NCBI GenBank assembly: GCA_963726245.1
Contig: CAVSBT010000019.1
Coordinates: forward strand, 32,001 to 96,000
DNA: 64,000 nt
Origin: an uncultured Chloroflexia bacterium
GTDB lineage: Bacteria > Chloroflexota > Dehalococcoidia > DSTF01 > JALHUB01
Reading direction: 5' to 3'
Shown: positions 21,201 through 30,586 of the stretch, in pieces
Numbering within the stretch: position 1 is the first letter of the stretch
Layout of the letters: each line of letters begins with the position of its first letter
Position numbers and translations under genes: made by a program
Notes under the pieces: generated by a model
Told to the model about the DNA's origin: nothing
Database searches by the model: none
Seen by the model: only the letters and a program-made list of their open reading frames with translations

Positions 21201-23673
21201 CGACCGTAAGCGTTTCGCCGTCGAGCGCACGGCGGACGTAGTCCGCCATCGTCTCCAGGCCAGGGAACTTCTTGAAGACGGGCATACCCACCAGTTCCCC
21301 AGGCTTGAGCCCGAGGGCCTCCAGGCCCTTGCCCTCGGAGAGCGTGAACACGCCGTCGCGGTCCAGCGCGAACAGCATGACCGGGACGCTGGCTATCACG
21401 GTGCGCAGGCGCTCCTCGCTCTTCTTGAGCGCCTCTTCCGCTCGCTTGCGCCCGCTGATGTCTCTGATGGAACCTTCGAACCCGACGGGAGCGCCGTCGG
21501 GGCCACGGAGCAGGTGGGCGTTTAGAGACCCGTCGATCACACGTCCGTCGGCAGCCTTCACCCGAATCTCGTAGTCGGTGACCTCTCCCCGCTTCAGGAT
21601 CACTTTTAGAAGTGCAGACCGCTCCCCCGGCGTCTCATAGATTGCTGTCACCGGCGTGCCGATTAGCTCCTCGCGGGTGTATCCGAACCGCTCCGCCGAT
21701 GGGCTGATATCGGTGATGATGCCCTGGATGCTGGTCTGGTAGTAGATGTCCTGCACGTTCTCGAAGATCTGGCGGTACTTCGCCTCGCTCTCCCTCAGCG
21801 CCTCTTCCATCCGCTTGCGCTCGCTGACGTCCCTGAGAGTGCCTTCGACCCCGGCAAATTCGCCGTTGGGCCCGCGGAGAACATAAGTGCAGACAGAGGT
21901 ATCGATGAGGCGGCCGTCTGCCGCCGTCAGGTGGATTTCGTGGTCAGCGACCTCTCCCGATTCAAAGAGCGCTTGCAGAAGCACTGAGCGCTCTTCTGGC
22001 GTGCCGTAGAAGTCTAGTACCTGCTTGCCAATTATCTCCTCGCAGGGGAACCCGTAGCGTTCGATCGATGGGCTAACGTCGGTGACGATGCCCTGGGCAT
22101 CCGTCCGGTAGTAGGACTCCGGCACGTTCTTGAAGACGCGGTGGAACTTCTGTTCGCTGTCCCGCAGCGCCTCTTCCATCCGCTTGCGCTCGCTGATGTC
22201 GGTGGCCACGCCAATAAGGCCGTTGATCTGGCCGCCGAGATCGCGTAGCGGAGCACAGTGGGCCTCGAAAGTTGAACCGGCCAGCTCCACCTCCGCCGTG
22301 AACGCTTCGCCGTCGAGCGCCCGGCGGATGTACTCGGCCATCCCCTGCACACCGGGAAACGCGTCGAAGACGGAGCGCCCTACTACTTCGCCCGGCTTTA
22401 GCCCGAGAACCTCCAGCCCCTTGCCTTCGGAAAGTGTGAACACGCCGTCGCGGTCCACTGCGAACAGCATCACCGGCACGTTCGTCATGACGGCGCTCAG
22501 CCGTTCCTCGCTCTCTCTCAGCGCCTCTTCCGCCTGCTTGCGCCTGCTGATGTCTCTGATGGAACCTTCGAACCCGGCGGGAGCGCCGTCGGGCCCACGG
22601 AGCAGGTGGGCGTTTAGAGACCCGTCGATCACGCGTCCGTCGGCAGTCTTCACCCGAATCTCGTAGTCGGTGACCTCTCCCCGCTTCAGGATCATTCTCA
22701 GAAGCGCTGACCGCTCCCCCGGCGTCTCGTAGATCGCGGTCACCGGCGTGCCGATTAGCTCCTCGCGGTTGTATCCGAACCGCTCCACCGACGGGCTGAT
22801 CTCGGTGATGAGGCCCTGGATGCTCGTCCGGTAGTAGATGTCCTGCACGTTCTCGAAGATCTGGCGGTACTTCGCCTCGCTCTCTCTCAGCGCCTCTTCC
22901 ATCCGCTTGCGCTCAGTGATGTCGGTACCCACGCCGATGATGCCGGAGACATCCCCGTCGCCATCGCGTAGCGGAGCGCAGTGAATCTCGAAAGTGACAC
23001 CGGCCAGCTCGACCTCCGTGGTGAACGCTTCGCCGGCAAGCGCACGGTCGATCTGCTCCGCTATTCCCTCCGTATCGGGGAACAGGTCGATGACAGAGCG
23101 ACCCACGGCTTCGCCGGGCTTCAGCCCAAGCCTCTCCAGCACCTTGCCCTCGGAGAGCGTGCACACGCCGTTGCGGTCCACCACGAACAGCTTCACCGGC
23201 GCGTTCGTCATGACGGCGCGCAGGCGCTCGTCGCTCTTGTGGAGCGCCTCTTCCGCCCGCTTGCGTTCGGTGACATCGAATGCGGCGCCGATGATGCCGG
23301 AGATCTCGCCGTCCTGACGACGGGCCGGGGCGCAGTGAGCCTCGAACGCCAGCCCGCCCACCTCGGCCGTGAAGGTGAAGGCTTCGCCCGCGAGCACACG
23401 GTCGAGGTTCTGCCTGGCGTCTGGGAGGTCGGGGAACGCGTCGAAGATCGACCGCCCCACCAGTTCCCCAGGCTTCAGCCCGAGGGCCTCAAGCCCCTTG
23501 CCTTCGGAGAGCGTGAACACGCCATCGCGGTCAATGGCGAAGAGGACGATGGGGGCGTTGTTGGCGAGTAGGCGCAGGCGCTCCTCGCTCTCGTGGAGCA
23601 CCGCTTCCGCCCGCTTGCCCTTGACGTTCTTGCGTTGCGGCCTAGGTTTTGCCTTCGCCAACGCCTCTGTCAC
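18268..23673 (-). CDS. Multi-PAS (10) + GGDEF + GAF + HD-GYP c-di-GMP enzyme
   Basis: Repeated PAS/PAC units ending D(I/V)(T/S)xRK; RYGGDEF; LHDIGK; HHERWDGTGYP. Confidence 0.93.
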   Translation of the reverse strand: MTEALAKAKPRPQRKNVKGKRAEAVLHESEERLRLLANNAPIVLFAIDRDGVFTLSEGKGLEALGLKPGELVGRSIFDAFPDLPDARQNLDRVLAGEAFTFTAEVGGLAFEAHCAPARRQDGEISGIIGAAFDVTERKRAEEALHKSDERLRAVMTNAPVKLFVVDRNGVCTLSEGKVLERLGLKPGEAVGRSVIDLFPDTEGIAEQIDRALAGEAFTTEVELAGVTFEIHCAPLRDGDGDVSGIIGVGTDITERKRMEEALRESEAKYRQIFENVQDIYYRTSIQGLITEISPSVERFGYNREELIGTPVTAIYETPGERSALLRMILKRGEVTDYEIRVKTADGRVIDGSLNAHLLRGPDGAPAGFEGSIRDISRRKQAEEALRESEERLSAVMTNVPVMLFAVDRDGVFTLSEGKGLEVLGLKPGEVVGRSVFDAFPGVQGMAEYIRRALDGEAFTAEVELAGSTFEAHCAPLRDLGGQINGLIGVATDISERKRMEEALRDSEQKFHRVFKNVPESYYRTDAQGIVTDVSPSIERYGFPCEEIIGKQVLDFYGTPEERSVLLQALFESGEVADHEIHLTAADGRLIDTSVCTYVLRGPNGEFAGVEGTLRDVSERKRMEEALRESEAKYRQIFENVQDIYYQTSIQGIITDISPSAERFGYTREELIGTPVTAIYETPGERSALLKVILKRGEVTDYEIRVKAADGRVIDGSLNAHLLRGPDGAPVGFEGSIRDISGRKRAEEALKKSEERLRTVIASVPVMLFALDRDGVFTLSEGKGLEALGLKPGELVGMPVFKKFPGLETMADYVRRALDGETLTVEVELADFTFETYCAPLRDRSGQVSGVIGVATDVSERKRMEEALKQTATELERSNEALRETEEKFRRIFDNVQDIYYRTDDKGIITEISPSVRRFGNDPDELIGTPVLDMYKDPDERSALMKALFEQGVVIDFEVHLKSGDGLDRTTSVSTHLLHGPNGEFAGVEGSLRDVTERKRMEKALRESEAKYRQIFESVQDVFYQTDDKRVITEISPSIERYGYSREALIGTPVTDIYASAEEPSALLQALLEGEAVTDYEIHLKTADGRVIDTSVSAHLLRGPDGQFLGVEGSLRDISERKRMEEALRESEAKYRGIFENVQDIYYRTDDKGIITEINPSVERFGYTREGLIGTQVLDVYPNPEERSALLQALMEREAVTDYEIHLKTGDGLVIDTSVSARLLRGPDGAFIGVEGALRDITERKRMETALREQARRDALTSVLNHGAIVQELRNLVSGDANGSSHAVAMIDVDGLKAINDTYGHQVGDAVLVAVAGGLARDGALVGRYGGDEFVALLPNTDREAAETYRQRVLDTLAEVDLRDSETGTRVQIIASVGLAIYPTEAGRIEELIKLADSAMYAWRRQRPVLSAGSTLSRAQGGDRAAKMVGQIVPLLTSLDDLNDKLRLVAHRLSVGGDYDAVNFVLFGSEGNPQGGLSTFARMPEDLVDAWSNAQRGAPQSPIRRIQERTRRAIIMDDPQNDERFTADQRKLLRTAGMRSVLIAPMIWRDELIGHLSVGSKREAAFGPRDAEFLVAVATQVTAIVRLATLVEDLQSTSTRLVQGHTETVVLLAAAAEAHDQATGLHLRSIRSITEALARELGYGEDYAEELGLAAVLHDIGKIRVPDVVLSTAGQLTDKEWDLMKQHTVWGEDFLMERPGFELAATIARSHHERWDGTGYPDGLVGKSIPTAATIVSVADAFDAMVNDRPYRSARSVAAAVREIVSCSGAQFSPKVVQSLARLHKQKKLVRLHREALIDLAA

Positions 23674-23816
23674 ACCTCTCCCGCTGTCGAAAGAGGTGAT
23701 CCTCTGGAATCACGGCTGTTTACAAGGGAGTATCGGCTTCCGGCAAGCGTGAGAATAGCGGCGGCTGGGTGTGGAACCCTGGGACCTTCGAGCCTATGGA
23801 GAAGCGGGGTGGGAGC

Positions 23817-24296
23817 TCAGACCAGGCCTTCGAGGGCCTCCCGGTCGGGGCGGGAGTAGGCACACACGACGACTTCGAGGTCGTCCGCCTCGCGGAGGGG
23901 GCGCAGCATGGCCTCCGCCACCTGCCGCCGGGGCAGGCCGACGATGCCCGCCCCCAGCAGAGGGAAGGCGATGCTGCCCGCGCCAAGCTCCCGCGCCAGG
24001 GCGAGGGCGGCGCGGGTGCCGGCCTCGATGTCTGCCAAGGAGGCCCGGCGGCCCGAGCGGTAGTCGATGGTGGGTACGTGGATGACGTGTCGCGCCTTCA
24101 GCGATCCGGCGCCGGTGGCCGCCGCCTTCCCCAGGTCGCACCAGCCGATGCGGTTGCTCTCCTTCTGGATGACGCGGCCCCCGGCGCGTACGATGGCGGC
24201 GGCGACGCCTCCGCCGTGCTGGAGCTGCGTGTTGGCGGCGTTGACGATGGCATCAACGTCCAGATCGGTGATGTTGCCTTCGTGCAGTCGGATCAT
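23817..24296 (-). CDS. Macro domain (ADP-ribose binding/hydrolase) protein
   Basis: GNIT, DAIVNAAN, GGGVAAAI, IAFPLLGAG. Confidence 0.9.
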   Translation of the reverse strand: MIRLHEGNITDLDVDAIVNAANTQLQHGGGVAAAIVRAGGRVIQKESNRIGWCDLGKAAATGAGSLKARHVIHVPTIDYRSGRRASLADIEAGTRAALALARELGAGSIAFPLLGAGIVGLPRRQVAEAMLRPLREADDLEVVVCAYSRPDREALEGLV

Positions 24297-24461
24297 CGCT
24301 GATCCTACCTGCCGCGCCCGGCGGGCCACGGCAGCTATTATGCGCAGAGCGGCGCGTCCTGCCAAGGGGGACGCCTGGCGTGCTGGTGCCTGGTTGTTGA
24401 CACGGCCCCAGCGCCATCCGATGATGAAGACGTCCTATCGCCTGCCGAAAGGAGGCACAAC

Positions 24462-24827
24462 GTGAAGGTCCGAAACTTCCGTGAGGTCGAGCCCGACAGG
24501 GAGTTGCCGGGCGTGGCCCTGCGCACGGTCATCTCCGCGCAGGACGGGGCGCCCCGCTTCGCCATGCGCGTCTTCGAGGTCGAGCCCGGCGCGTCGACAC
24601 CCTTCCACGCCCACGCTTGGGAGCACGAGGTCTTCATTCTGGAGGGCGAGGCCAAGGTGAGAGGCGCCGAGGGCGAGCGCGCCCTCCAGCCCAACGATGC
24701 CGTCCTTGTGGCCGGGCAGGAGCAGCACTGCTTCGTCAACACGGGACCTCAGGTGCTGCGCTTCATCTGCTGCATCCCCCACCCGGAGACGCTGCCGTCG
24801 GAGCAGGCGCCTGCCTGCGAGGGCTGA
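24462..24827 (+). CDS. Cupin domain protein
   Basis: FAMRVFEV, HAHAWEHE, EQHCF; RBS aggagg. Confidence 0.9.
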   Translation: MKVRNFREVEPDRELPGVALRTVISAQDGAPRFAMRVFEVEPGASTPFHAHAWEHEVFILEGEAKVRGAEGERALQPNDAVLVAGQEQHCFVNTGPQVLRFICCIPHPETLPSEQAPACEG

Positions 24828-24855
24828 GGCCCCAGCCGCCGACAGAGGCTAGTCA

Positions 24856-25548
24856 GTGCAGGGCAGAGAACGGCGTGCGCCTCGGCAGGCGACCCGGCGT
24901 CAGGCCGGCGGCCGCCCGCTGAACCTCCAGACGGAGCGTGGCGACGTCCCTTGCCTTTACCATGCGGGCCATCCCGCTGCCGGCGCCGTCATCTGGATCG
25001 GCGGCTTCGACGGCGGCTTCGACGGCCCTGCCGACGGCATCTACGCCACTCTGGCCATGGACCTCCTGGAGGACGGCGTCGGCTCACTCCGGCTCAGCTA
25101 TCGCGTGCTGGGGAGCCCCGGCAACGTGGAGGAAGCCGTTCACGACGTGCTGGCCGGCGTCTCTTTCCTGACCGGGGAGGGGGCCGGGCGCATCGGGCTG
25201 GTAGGGCACTCCTTCGGCGGCGCCGTCGTCATCAGCGCCGCCGCCCTCTCGCCGGAGGTGAGCGCGGTCGTGACCCTGAGCACGCAGACGGCGGGCACCG
25301 CTCTAGCGCCGCGAGTGACGCCGCGGCCCCTGCTGCTCATCCACGGCGAACAGGACCGCCGCCTGTCGCCCGACTGCTCGCGCTACGTCTATCGCCTGGC
25401 CGGCGAGCCGAAGGAGCTGATCATCCTGCCCGGCGCCCGCCACAGCCTGCGTCAGCGTCGAGAGGAGCTGCGGCGGCTCCTGCGTCGCTGGCTCGTCGAG
25501 AAGCTGGCCCCCCGATCCGGCGACGAAGCCCCGGGGTCATGTGCGTAG
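24856..25548 (+). CDS. Alpha/beta hydrolase (start uncertain)
   Basis: GHSFGG nucleophile elbow, HGEQD, GARH. Confidence 0.85.
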   Translation: MQGRERRAPRQATRRQAGGRPLNLQTERGDVPCLYHAGHPAAGAVIWIGGFDGGFDGPADGIYATLAMDLLEDGVGSLRLSYRVLGSPGNVEEAVHDVLAGVSFLTGEGAGRIGLVGHSFGGAVVISAAALSPEVSAVVTLSTQTAGTALAPRVTPRPLLLIHGEQDRRLSPDCSRYVYRLAGEPKELIILPGARHSLRQRREELRRLLRRWLVEKLAPRSGDEAPGSCA

Positions 25549-25609
25549 CGGAAGGCTTTAGCCTTCCACTCTAAACGGGAGGTTGTGGAGGGCTAAAGCC
25601 CTCCGCTAC
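25545..25609. repeat. GTAG-type REP doublet
   Basis: gtagcggaaggctttagccttcc...ggagggctaaagccctccgctac. Confidence 0.85.
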
Positions 25610-25702
25610 TTTGACCGCGCCGGGCTCGCCACCCTAGACTGGAACTTGGAGGCGAACTTGATTGGGTGAGGCTGGTGTCTCTGGCGTCAGCGGAGGGAAG
25701 GC

Positions 25703-26185
25703 GTGGCCCGGAAGCGCCCTCGCAACCTAACCCTTCTCAGCGAAGAAGAGGTCCTGGAGCGAGTGCCCGTCCTGGCTCAGGGCATCGATGAGTTCAACGC
25801 CGGCCTCTTCTTCCAGTCGCATGAGACCCTTGAGGACTTGTGGATTGTCTCGCCGTGGCCGGTGCGTGACTTCCTCCAGGGGATCATCCAGATAGCCGCC
25901 GCCTTCGTGCACCTCAAACGCGGCGAGTACGCCGGCACCCACCGCCTCTTGACCGAGGCCATCCTCAAGCTGGAGGGCTTCACGCCTCGCTGCCTGGGCG
26001 TCGACGTGTCGCGCCTCCTGGCCGGCGTCCGCCGCTGCCGCGAGGAGGTGCTGACTCTTGGCAAGGCCCGCCTACATCTCTTCGATCGTCAGCTCATCCC
26101 TCGCATCGAGTTCAGCGAGCTGACGGCTCGAGACGAGATGCCTGCGCCCCCTACTGCCGGGGCTGAATCGGCTCCTGCTGGATGA
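25703..26185 (+). CDS. DUF309-family protein
   Basis: FNAG.FFQSHETLEDLW and LQGIIQIAAA..H pattern. Confidence 0.82.
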   Translation: MARKRPRNLTLLSEEEVLERVPVLAQGIDEFNAGLFFQSHETLEDLWIVSPWPVRDFLQGIIQIAAAFVHLKRGEYAGTHRLLTEAILKLEGFTPRCLGVDVSRLLAGVRRCREEVLTLGKARLHLFDRQLIPRIEFSELTARDEMPAPPTAGAESAPAG

Positions 26186-26975
26186 TCTGGAAGTCGGCGT
26201 CATCGAGGGGCGCCAGCTCGCCGCGCCGGTAGGAGTCGAAGAGCTGGAAGAGGTCGCGCTTGTGGGGCCGCTTCCGGCCGATGGGGCATTTCTGCCAGTC
26301 CTCATGGGTCTCGTCGCAGTAGCCCAGGCGGTGCTCGCCGCACTTGGGTTGTAGGTAGCGGGCCAGCTCAGGAAACTTCCGGTTCAGCTCGGCCCGCATC
26401 AGCGACACCACCTTGCGGAACTCCCACTGAGCGCGCGTGCAGAGGCGCAGGTCTGAGACGTGCAGCAGCTCCAGGAAGTTGATGGTGATCTTGAAGTTGG
26501 TTTGAGCGGCGTTGGGTATGAGGAAGCGGGCGTCCTCGGCGGGAATGCCGGCATCCAGCATCTCCTGGTAGAGCTCGCCCAGGTTCTGGAACGTGCGCGC
26601 CAGCTTCTCCTCGAAGCCGGCCTTGCGCACCGTCTCCGGCACCGTGTACGGGAACTTGCCCTTCTTGAAGGCGACATAACGCTGGCTCTGCTGCTCGAAG
26701 CTGATGCCGATGCGATGGCGCACGAACTGGTGGCTGAAGGCGCGGCTAACGCCGGCGATGCCGAACTCGAACCAGCACTGCTCCAGCGGCGAGTTGTGGC
26801 CGGTCTCCAGCCGCTTCTCGATGAACTCCTGCATTTGCTGCCGCGTGATGCGCTCGCTCTCGATACGCTCCACGATCTGCATCGGCGTTAGGGAAGAGTA
26901 GGCGGTCCGATAGGCCACGTAGAGGGAGCGGATGGGGTCGTGCGTGTGGTCGAGCAGCTTAACCTGGATTGCCAA
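26151..26975 (-). CDS. thyX: FAD-dependent thymidylate synthase
   Basis: GHNSPLE, RHRIGISFEQQSQRY, EDARF, AQWEFR. Confidence 0.94.
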   Translation of the reverse strand: MAIQVKLLDHTHDPIRSLYVAYRTAYSSLTPMQIVERIESERITRQQMQEFIEKRLETGHNSPLEQCWFEFGIAGVSRAFSHQFVRHRIGISFEQQSQRYVAFKKGKFPYTVPETVRKAGFEEKLARTFQNLGELYQEMLDAGIPAEDARFLIPNAAQTNFKITINFLELLHVSDLRLCTRAQWEFRKVVSLMRAELNRKFPELARYLQPKCGEHRLGYCDETHEDWQKCPIGRKRPHKRDLFQLFDSYRRGELAPLDDADFQIIQQEPIQPRQ

Positions 26976-26987
26976 AGGGCCCTCTTT

Positions 26988-27377
26988 CTAGTGACTAACC
27001 GGCACGCCGAGCTTCGCCAGCGCCTCCAGGAAGGCCTCCGGGTCCTCGAGTGAGACGGCCAGACGTTTGAAGGACACAGGCAGTATCATCCAGATCCAGC
27101 GCCTCCGCTTGAAACGCAGCTCAACCACGTTCTGGTAAGAGCCGATAAGGCCGACGACGCTGGTGATGTTGCCCTTCCAGCCAACACCGTAGAGCCAAGG
27201 CCACGATCTCCTCCCGCCTCCCTCAATGTCGGTCAGGTTGAAGCTGCGGTGGAAGAACCACCCGAAACGCGCCACCAACCTGTCGCTGGCCAGCTCGACG
27301 TAGGAGCGATCGGGCGTGGCTCCAAACAGGGCCAGCAGCGGCGCCCACAAAGGATCCCGCCGGATGGGGAATCGCAT
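26988..27377 (-). CDS. Hypothetical protein (possible PH-like fold)
   Basis: Clean ORF co-oriented with thyX. Confidence 0.7.
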   Translation of the reverse strand: MRFPIRRDPLWAPLLALFGATPDRSYVELASDRLVARFGWFFHRSFNLTDIEGGGRRSWPWLYGVGWKGNITSVVGLIGSYQNVVELRFKRRRWIWMILPVSFKRLAVSLEDPEAFLEALAKLGVPVSH

Positions 27378-27510
27378 TGCCCCGGGCGTCTCAGCTACCG
27401 TACCCCTCCTTCGTCGCGGTCTGCCACGTGGAGCGCGCCCCTGGGAGCTGCCCCTGAGCCATGATACCGCAATCTCTGTTGAGGGTAGAATCCCGGCGAC
27501 GGCTCGCTTG

Positions 27511-29697
27511 CTAGACAGGCCAGCGGTTCCTGCGCAGAACGCGGATGCCGCCGGTCACGTGCTGGACCTCCACCGCCGTCTTCGTAGCATGGCGCCGGAA
27601 CAAGAGGTCGACGCTCCCCCGCCCGACACGAAGGCCGCGTAGCTGCACGTTCTCCAACCAGTGGGGGAGCTGCGGCCGGACCAGCAGGAGTTCGCGGCCT
27701 GACTTGCCTGGGCAGAGGCCGAGGATGGCGTGGAGGATCATGGGCAGAGCGCCGGCGGCCCAGGCCTGGGGCCTACAGGCCACGGGATAGGGCACCGGAG
27801 CGTGGTGGGCGGACCGCCCTTCGCCGCCGAAGAGCTCCGGCAGCCGGAAGTATGGGAAGGCCATAGCGGCGTCGAGGAGGGCCGTGGCGACTTCGTTAAG
27901 CTCTTCCTCAAGGCCGTACTTCTTCAGTCCCATGGTGGCAATGGCGTTGTCGTGGGGCCATACAGTCCCCAGGTGGTAGCCGATGGGGTTGAATCGCGGC
28001 GAAGCCGCGCTGAGGGTACGAATACCCCAGCCGCTGAACAAGTCATTGCTCAGGAGGCGTTCCGCCACTGCCGCCGCCCGTTCGCGGGCGATGATGCCGC
28101 TCCAGAGGGCGTGGCCGGGGCCGGACGAGATGGAGGCGCAGGGACGCTTGGCGCCGTCCAGGGCCAGGGCATAGAAGCCCTGGTGAGGCAGCCAGAAATC
28201 GCGGTTGAAGCGGCGGCGGAGGTTGGTCGCCTGTCGACGGAGCTGCGCCGCCCTTTCGCCTTCTCCCAGGGCGTCGAACACCGTGGCCAGCCCCTTCTGA
28301 GCCGCAAAGACATACCCCTGCACCTCCACGAGAGCAATGGGAGGACGGGCAAGGGTGCCTTCGGCGTGGATGATGCTGTCGGCTGAGTCCTTCCAGCCCT
28401 GGTTGACGAGGCCCTTCGCGGACTGCTTCTCGTACTCCACGTAGCCGTCGCCGTCCGCGTCGCCGTAGGTGTCCAGCCAGTCGATGGCGGCCAGGAGCGG
28501 GCCCCGCAGCTCCTTAAGGAGACGCAGGTCTCCGGTCCAGGCGTAGTACTCGCTGGCCAGCCAGAGGAAGAGGGGCGTGGAGTCGATGCTGCCGTAGTAC
28601 GGCGCGTAGGGGAGCTCCCCGGCCAGCGACATCTCGTCCCGCCGGAGCTCATGGAGGATCTTGCCGGGCTCCTCATCGCGCCAGGGGTCCAGGCGGCGTC
28701 CCTGCTTGCTGGCCAGCACCCGGAGGCACTGTTTGGCTATGTCTGGACGGAAGGCGAGGGTCTGCATGGCCACGATGGCGCTGTCGCGGCCGAAGAGCGC
28801 GTCGAACCAAGGGGTGCCGGCGGAGAGGAAACGTCCCAGGCGGCCGCCCCCGTTCCAGAGCATTCGCAGGTCCGCGAAGGACCGGTCCAGGGCCTTGTTG
28901 AAGAACTCATTGTCGGTGAAGACCTGAGTGCACCCTTCAGCCCAGCGGCGATGCTGACGCCATACCAAAGAGAGGCGGTCTTTGGCAGGGCGCCGGTCGC
29001 GCAGCCCATCCACCGCCACCACCAGCCGGTAGGTGGCGGTGGCGCGGCGAGGCAGCGTCACCCGCAGGACAGCGGTCTGTGGGGAGATGACCGCCGGCGG
29101 CTGTGAAAAGGAGATGTGCGTCTCCCGGGCACGCCCATCCAGCCCTTCGTAGGCGAAGGTGATGCTTCTGGCGTCGGCCTCTGGCTCAAGAAGACGTCCT
29201 CGGCGCTCCCGCTGCTGCCCCCGCACCTCGAAGATGTCGGCGAAGTCGGCGTCAAATCGATAGACGAGCTCCAGGGTGACCGGGAAGACGTTGTAGTTGG
29301 TGACGCGCAACGTCTCCTCTACGATGCCGGCCAGCACGCGCTGGCGGCGCACCTCAATGGTGCCCCGAGCCAGGGTGCGGCCCTCCGCGCTCTCCATGCG
29401 GGGGTTGATGAGGACCTGCTCTTCGGCGAAGCCCAGCTCGGCCGTGGAGAGCAGCGCGACCGGCTCGGCGGAGCGGAACGAGAGGTCATAGACGGAGAGG
29501 TGGCGGGTATCGGCGTGGTAGAGGCCGAAACCGTGTGGATTATCGGGGGCGACGTTGCCGTTGGGGTCGGTGAGGAGGAAGAGGTCCCCTTCTCTGATGA
29601 TAAGGGCATCGCGGATGTCCTCGATGCCCATCGGCTCGCCCTCGGGTAGGTGATGCCTCTCGAGGGTCAAGTCTTCTTTCGCCTGGGTCACGGTCAT
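27511..29697 (-). CDS. Amylo-alpha-1,6-glucosidase / glycogen debranching family
   Basis: AGTPWF, FGRDS, EEPGKILHE, NQGWKDS, YHLGTVWPHD, LPELF, PQAWAA. Confidence 0.92.
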   Translation of the reverse strand: MTVTQAKEDLTLERHHLPEGEPMGIEDIRDALIIREGDLFLLTDPNGNVAPDNPHGFGLYHADTRHLSVYDLSFRSAEPVALLSTAELGFAEEQVLINPRMESAEGRTLARGTIEVRRQRVLAGIVEETLRVTNYNVFPVTLELVYRFDADFADIFEVRGQQRERRGRLLEPEADARSITFAYEGLDGRARETHISFSQPPAVISPQTAVLRVTLPRRATATYRLVVAVDGLRDRRPAKDRLSLVWRQHRRWAEGCTQVFTDNEFFNKALDRSFADLRMLWNGGGRLGRFLSAGTPWFDALFGRDSAIVAMQTLAFRPDIAKQCLRVLASKQGRRLDPWRDEEPGKILHELRRDEMSLAGELPYAPYYGSIDSTPLFLWLASEYYAWTGDLRLLKELRGPLLAAIDWLDTYGDADGDGYVEYEKQSAKGLVNQGWKDSADSIIHAEGTLARPPIALVEVQGYVFAAQKGLATVFDALGEGERAAQLRRQATNLRRRFNRDFWLPHQGFYALALDGAKRPCASISSGPGHALWSGIIARERAAAVAERLLSNDLFSGWGIRTLSAASPRFNPIGYHLGTVWPHDNAIATMGLKKYGLEEELNEVATALLDAAMAFPYFRLPELFGGEGRSAHHAPVPYPVACRPQAWAAGALPMILHAILGLCPGKSGRELLLVRPQLPHWLENVQLRGLRVGRGSVDLLFRRHATKTAVEVQHVTGGIRVLRRNRWPV

Positions 29698-29845
29698 GTG
29701 GGCCGGATCGCTCTCTGGAGTCCGCTGAGGGTAGCCCCCACGCTGAGTGGCACTATCGCCTCCGCTGATCGCAGGCGGGCTGATGTACCAACCGGACCCA
29801 GCCTCATGATACAGCAGTCAGGGCGAAGGACGAATCCTCGCGGCG

Positions 29846-30559
29846 TCAGGATGCCTGCGCCCGCATGCGCTTCTCGGCGAGGCGCTCCGGCGCCGGCTCC
29901 ACGATCCCCGCTACTGCGAGCGAGTTCACCACGTCCTGCACCAGCTCGTGGGCGCGCACCAGGTCCTCCGCCGCCAGCCGATGGTGGGGGGAAGGCACTA
30001 TCCCCTCCAGATAGACGGTATCCCCCCGCATGTCCAGCCTGACAGTGGTGGGGGGCAGGCCGAGACAGGCGCAGAGGTCCGCTTCGAGCTGACGGGCCAG
30101 GTCATCCGGCGAGACATCGGTGCCCGCCACCCGAAGGCGGTTGGCCACGCCCGCCACGCCGCCCACCGACCAGGCGGCCCGCTCGGCGGCGCAGAGAGCA
30201 TACAACGAGCTTACGATACCCCGAAGCTCTACGACGCCGTGGTTGACCTCCGGCTGTACGGTGGCGGCATCCACCTCCGGCGCCTCCTCGAAGGCTGTCC
30301 GGAGCCTCTGCCCGATGGCGCTGTCGCTGCGCACCTCGCGAGGTGCTACCCGCAGCCGGTTCACGACGTGGCTGGCCCCCGTCAGGGGTCCTATGAGTTC
30401 GGCCGCCGCCCTCTTGTGCCGGACGCTGGGGGCGGTGCCCTCTATGTGGGCCACGCTGCCCAGCATGAAGACGCGCAGGCCGTCGATGCCAAGGGTCCGC
30501 GCTGCCGCCTCCGCCGCCAACTCTAGGCTGGCGCCCTCGCCTGCTGGCGATGCTGCCAT
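29846..30559 (-). CDS. Triple BON-domain protein
   Basis: Three V..V.N.L.V repeats with G.V.L.G.V. Confidence 0.82.
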   Translation of the reverse strand: MAASPAGEGASLELAAEAAARTLGIDGLRVFMLGSVAHIEGTAPSVRHKRAAAELIGPLTGASHVVNRLRVAPREVRSDSAIGQRLRTAFEEAPEVDAATVQPEVNHGVVELRGIVSSLYALCAAERAAWSVGGVAGVANRLRVAGTDVSPDDLARQLEADLCACLGLPPTTVRLDMRGDTVYLEGIVPSPHHRLAAEDLVRAHELVQDVVNSLAVAGIVEPAPERLAEKRMRAQAS

Positions 30560-30586
30560 CCCGCACCTCCTTCGCCGCGGCCGGCT

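Noticed and set aside
26151-26185. Convergent DUF309/thyX overlap
   Set aside because: A short tail-to-tail overlap is common and uninformative
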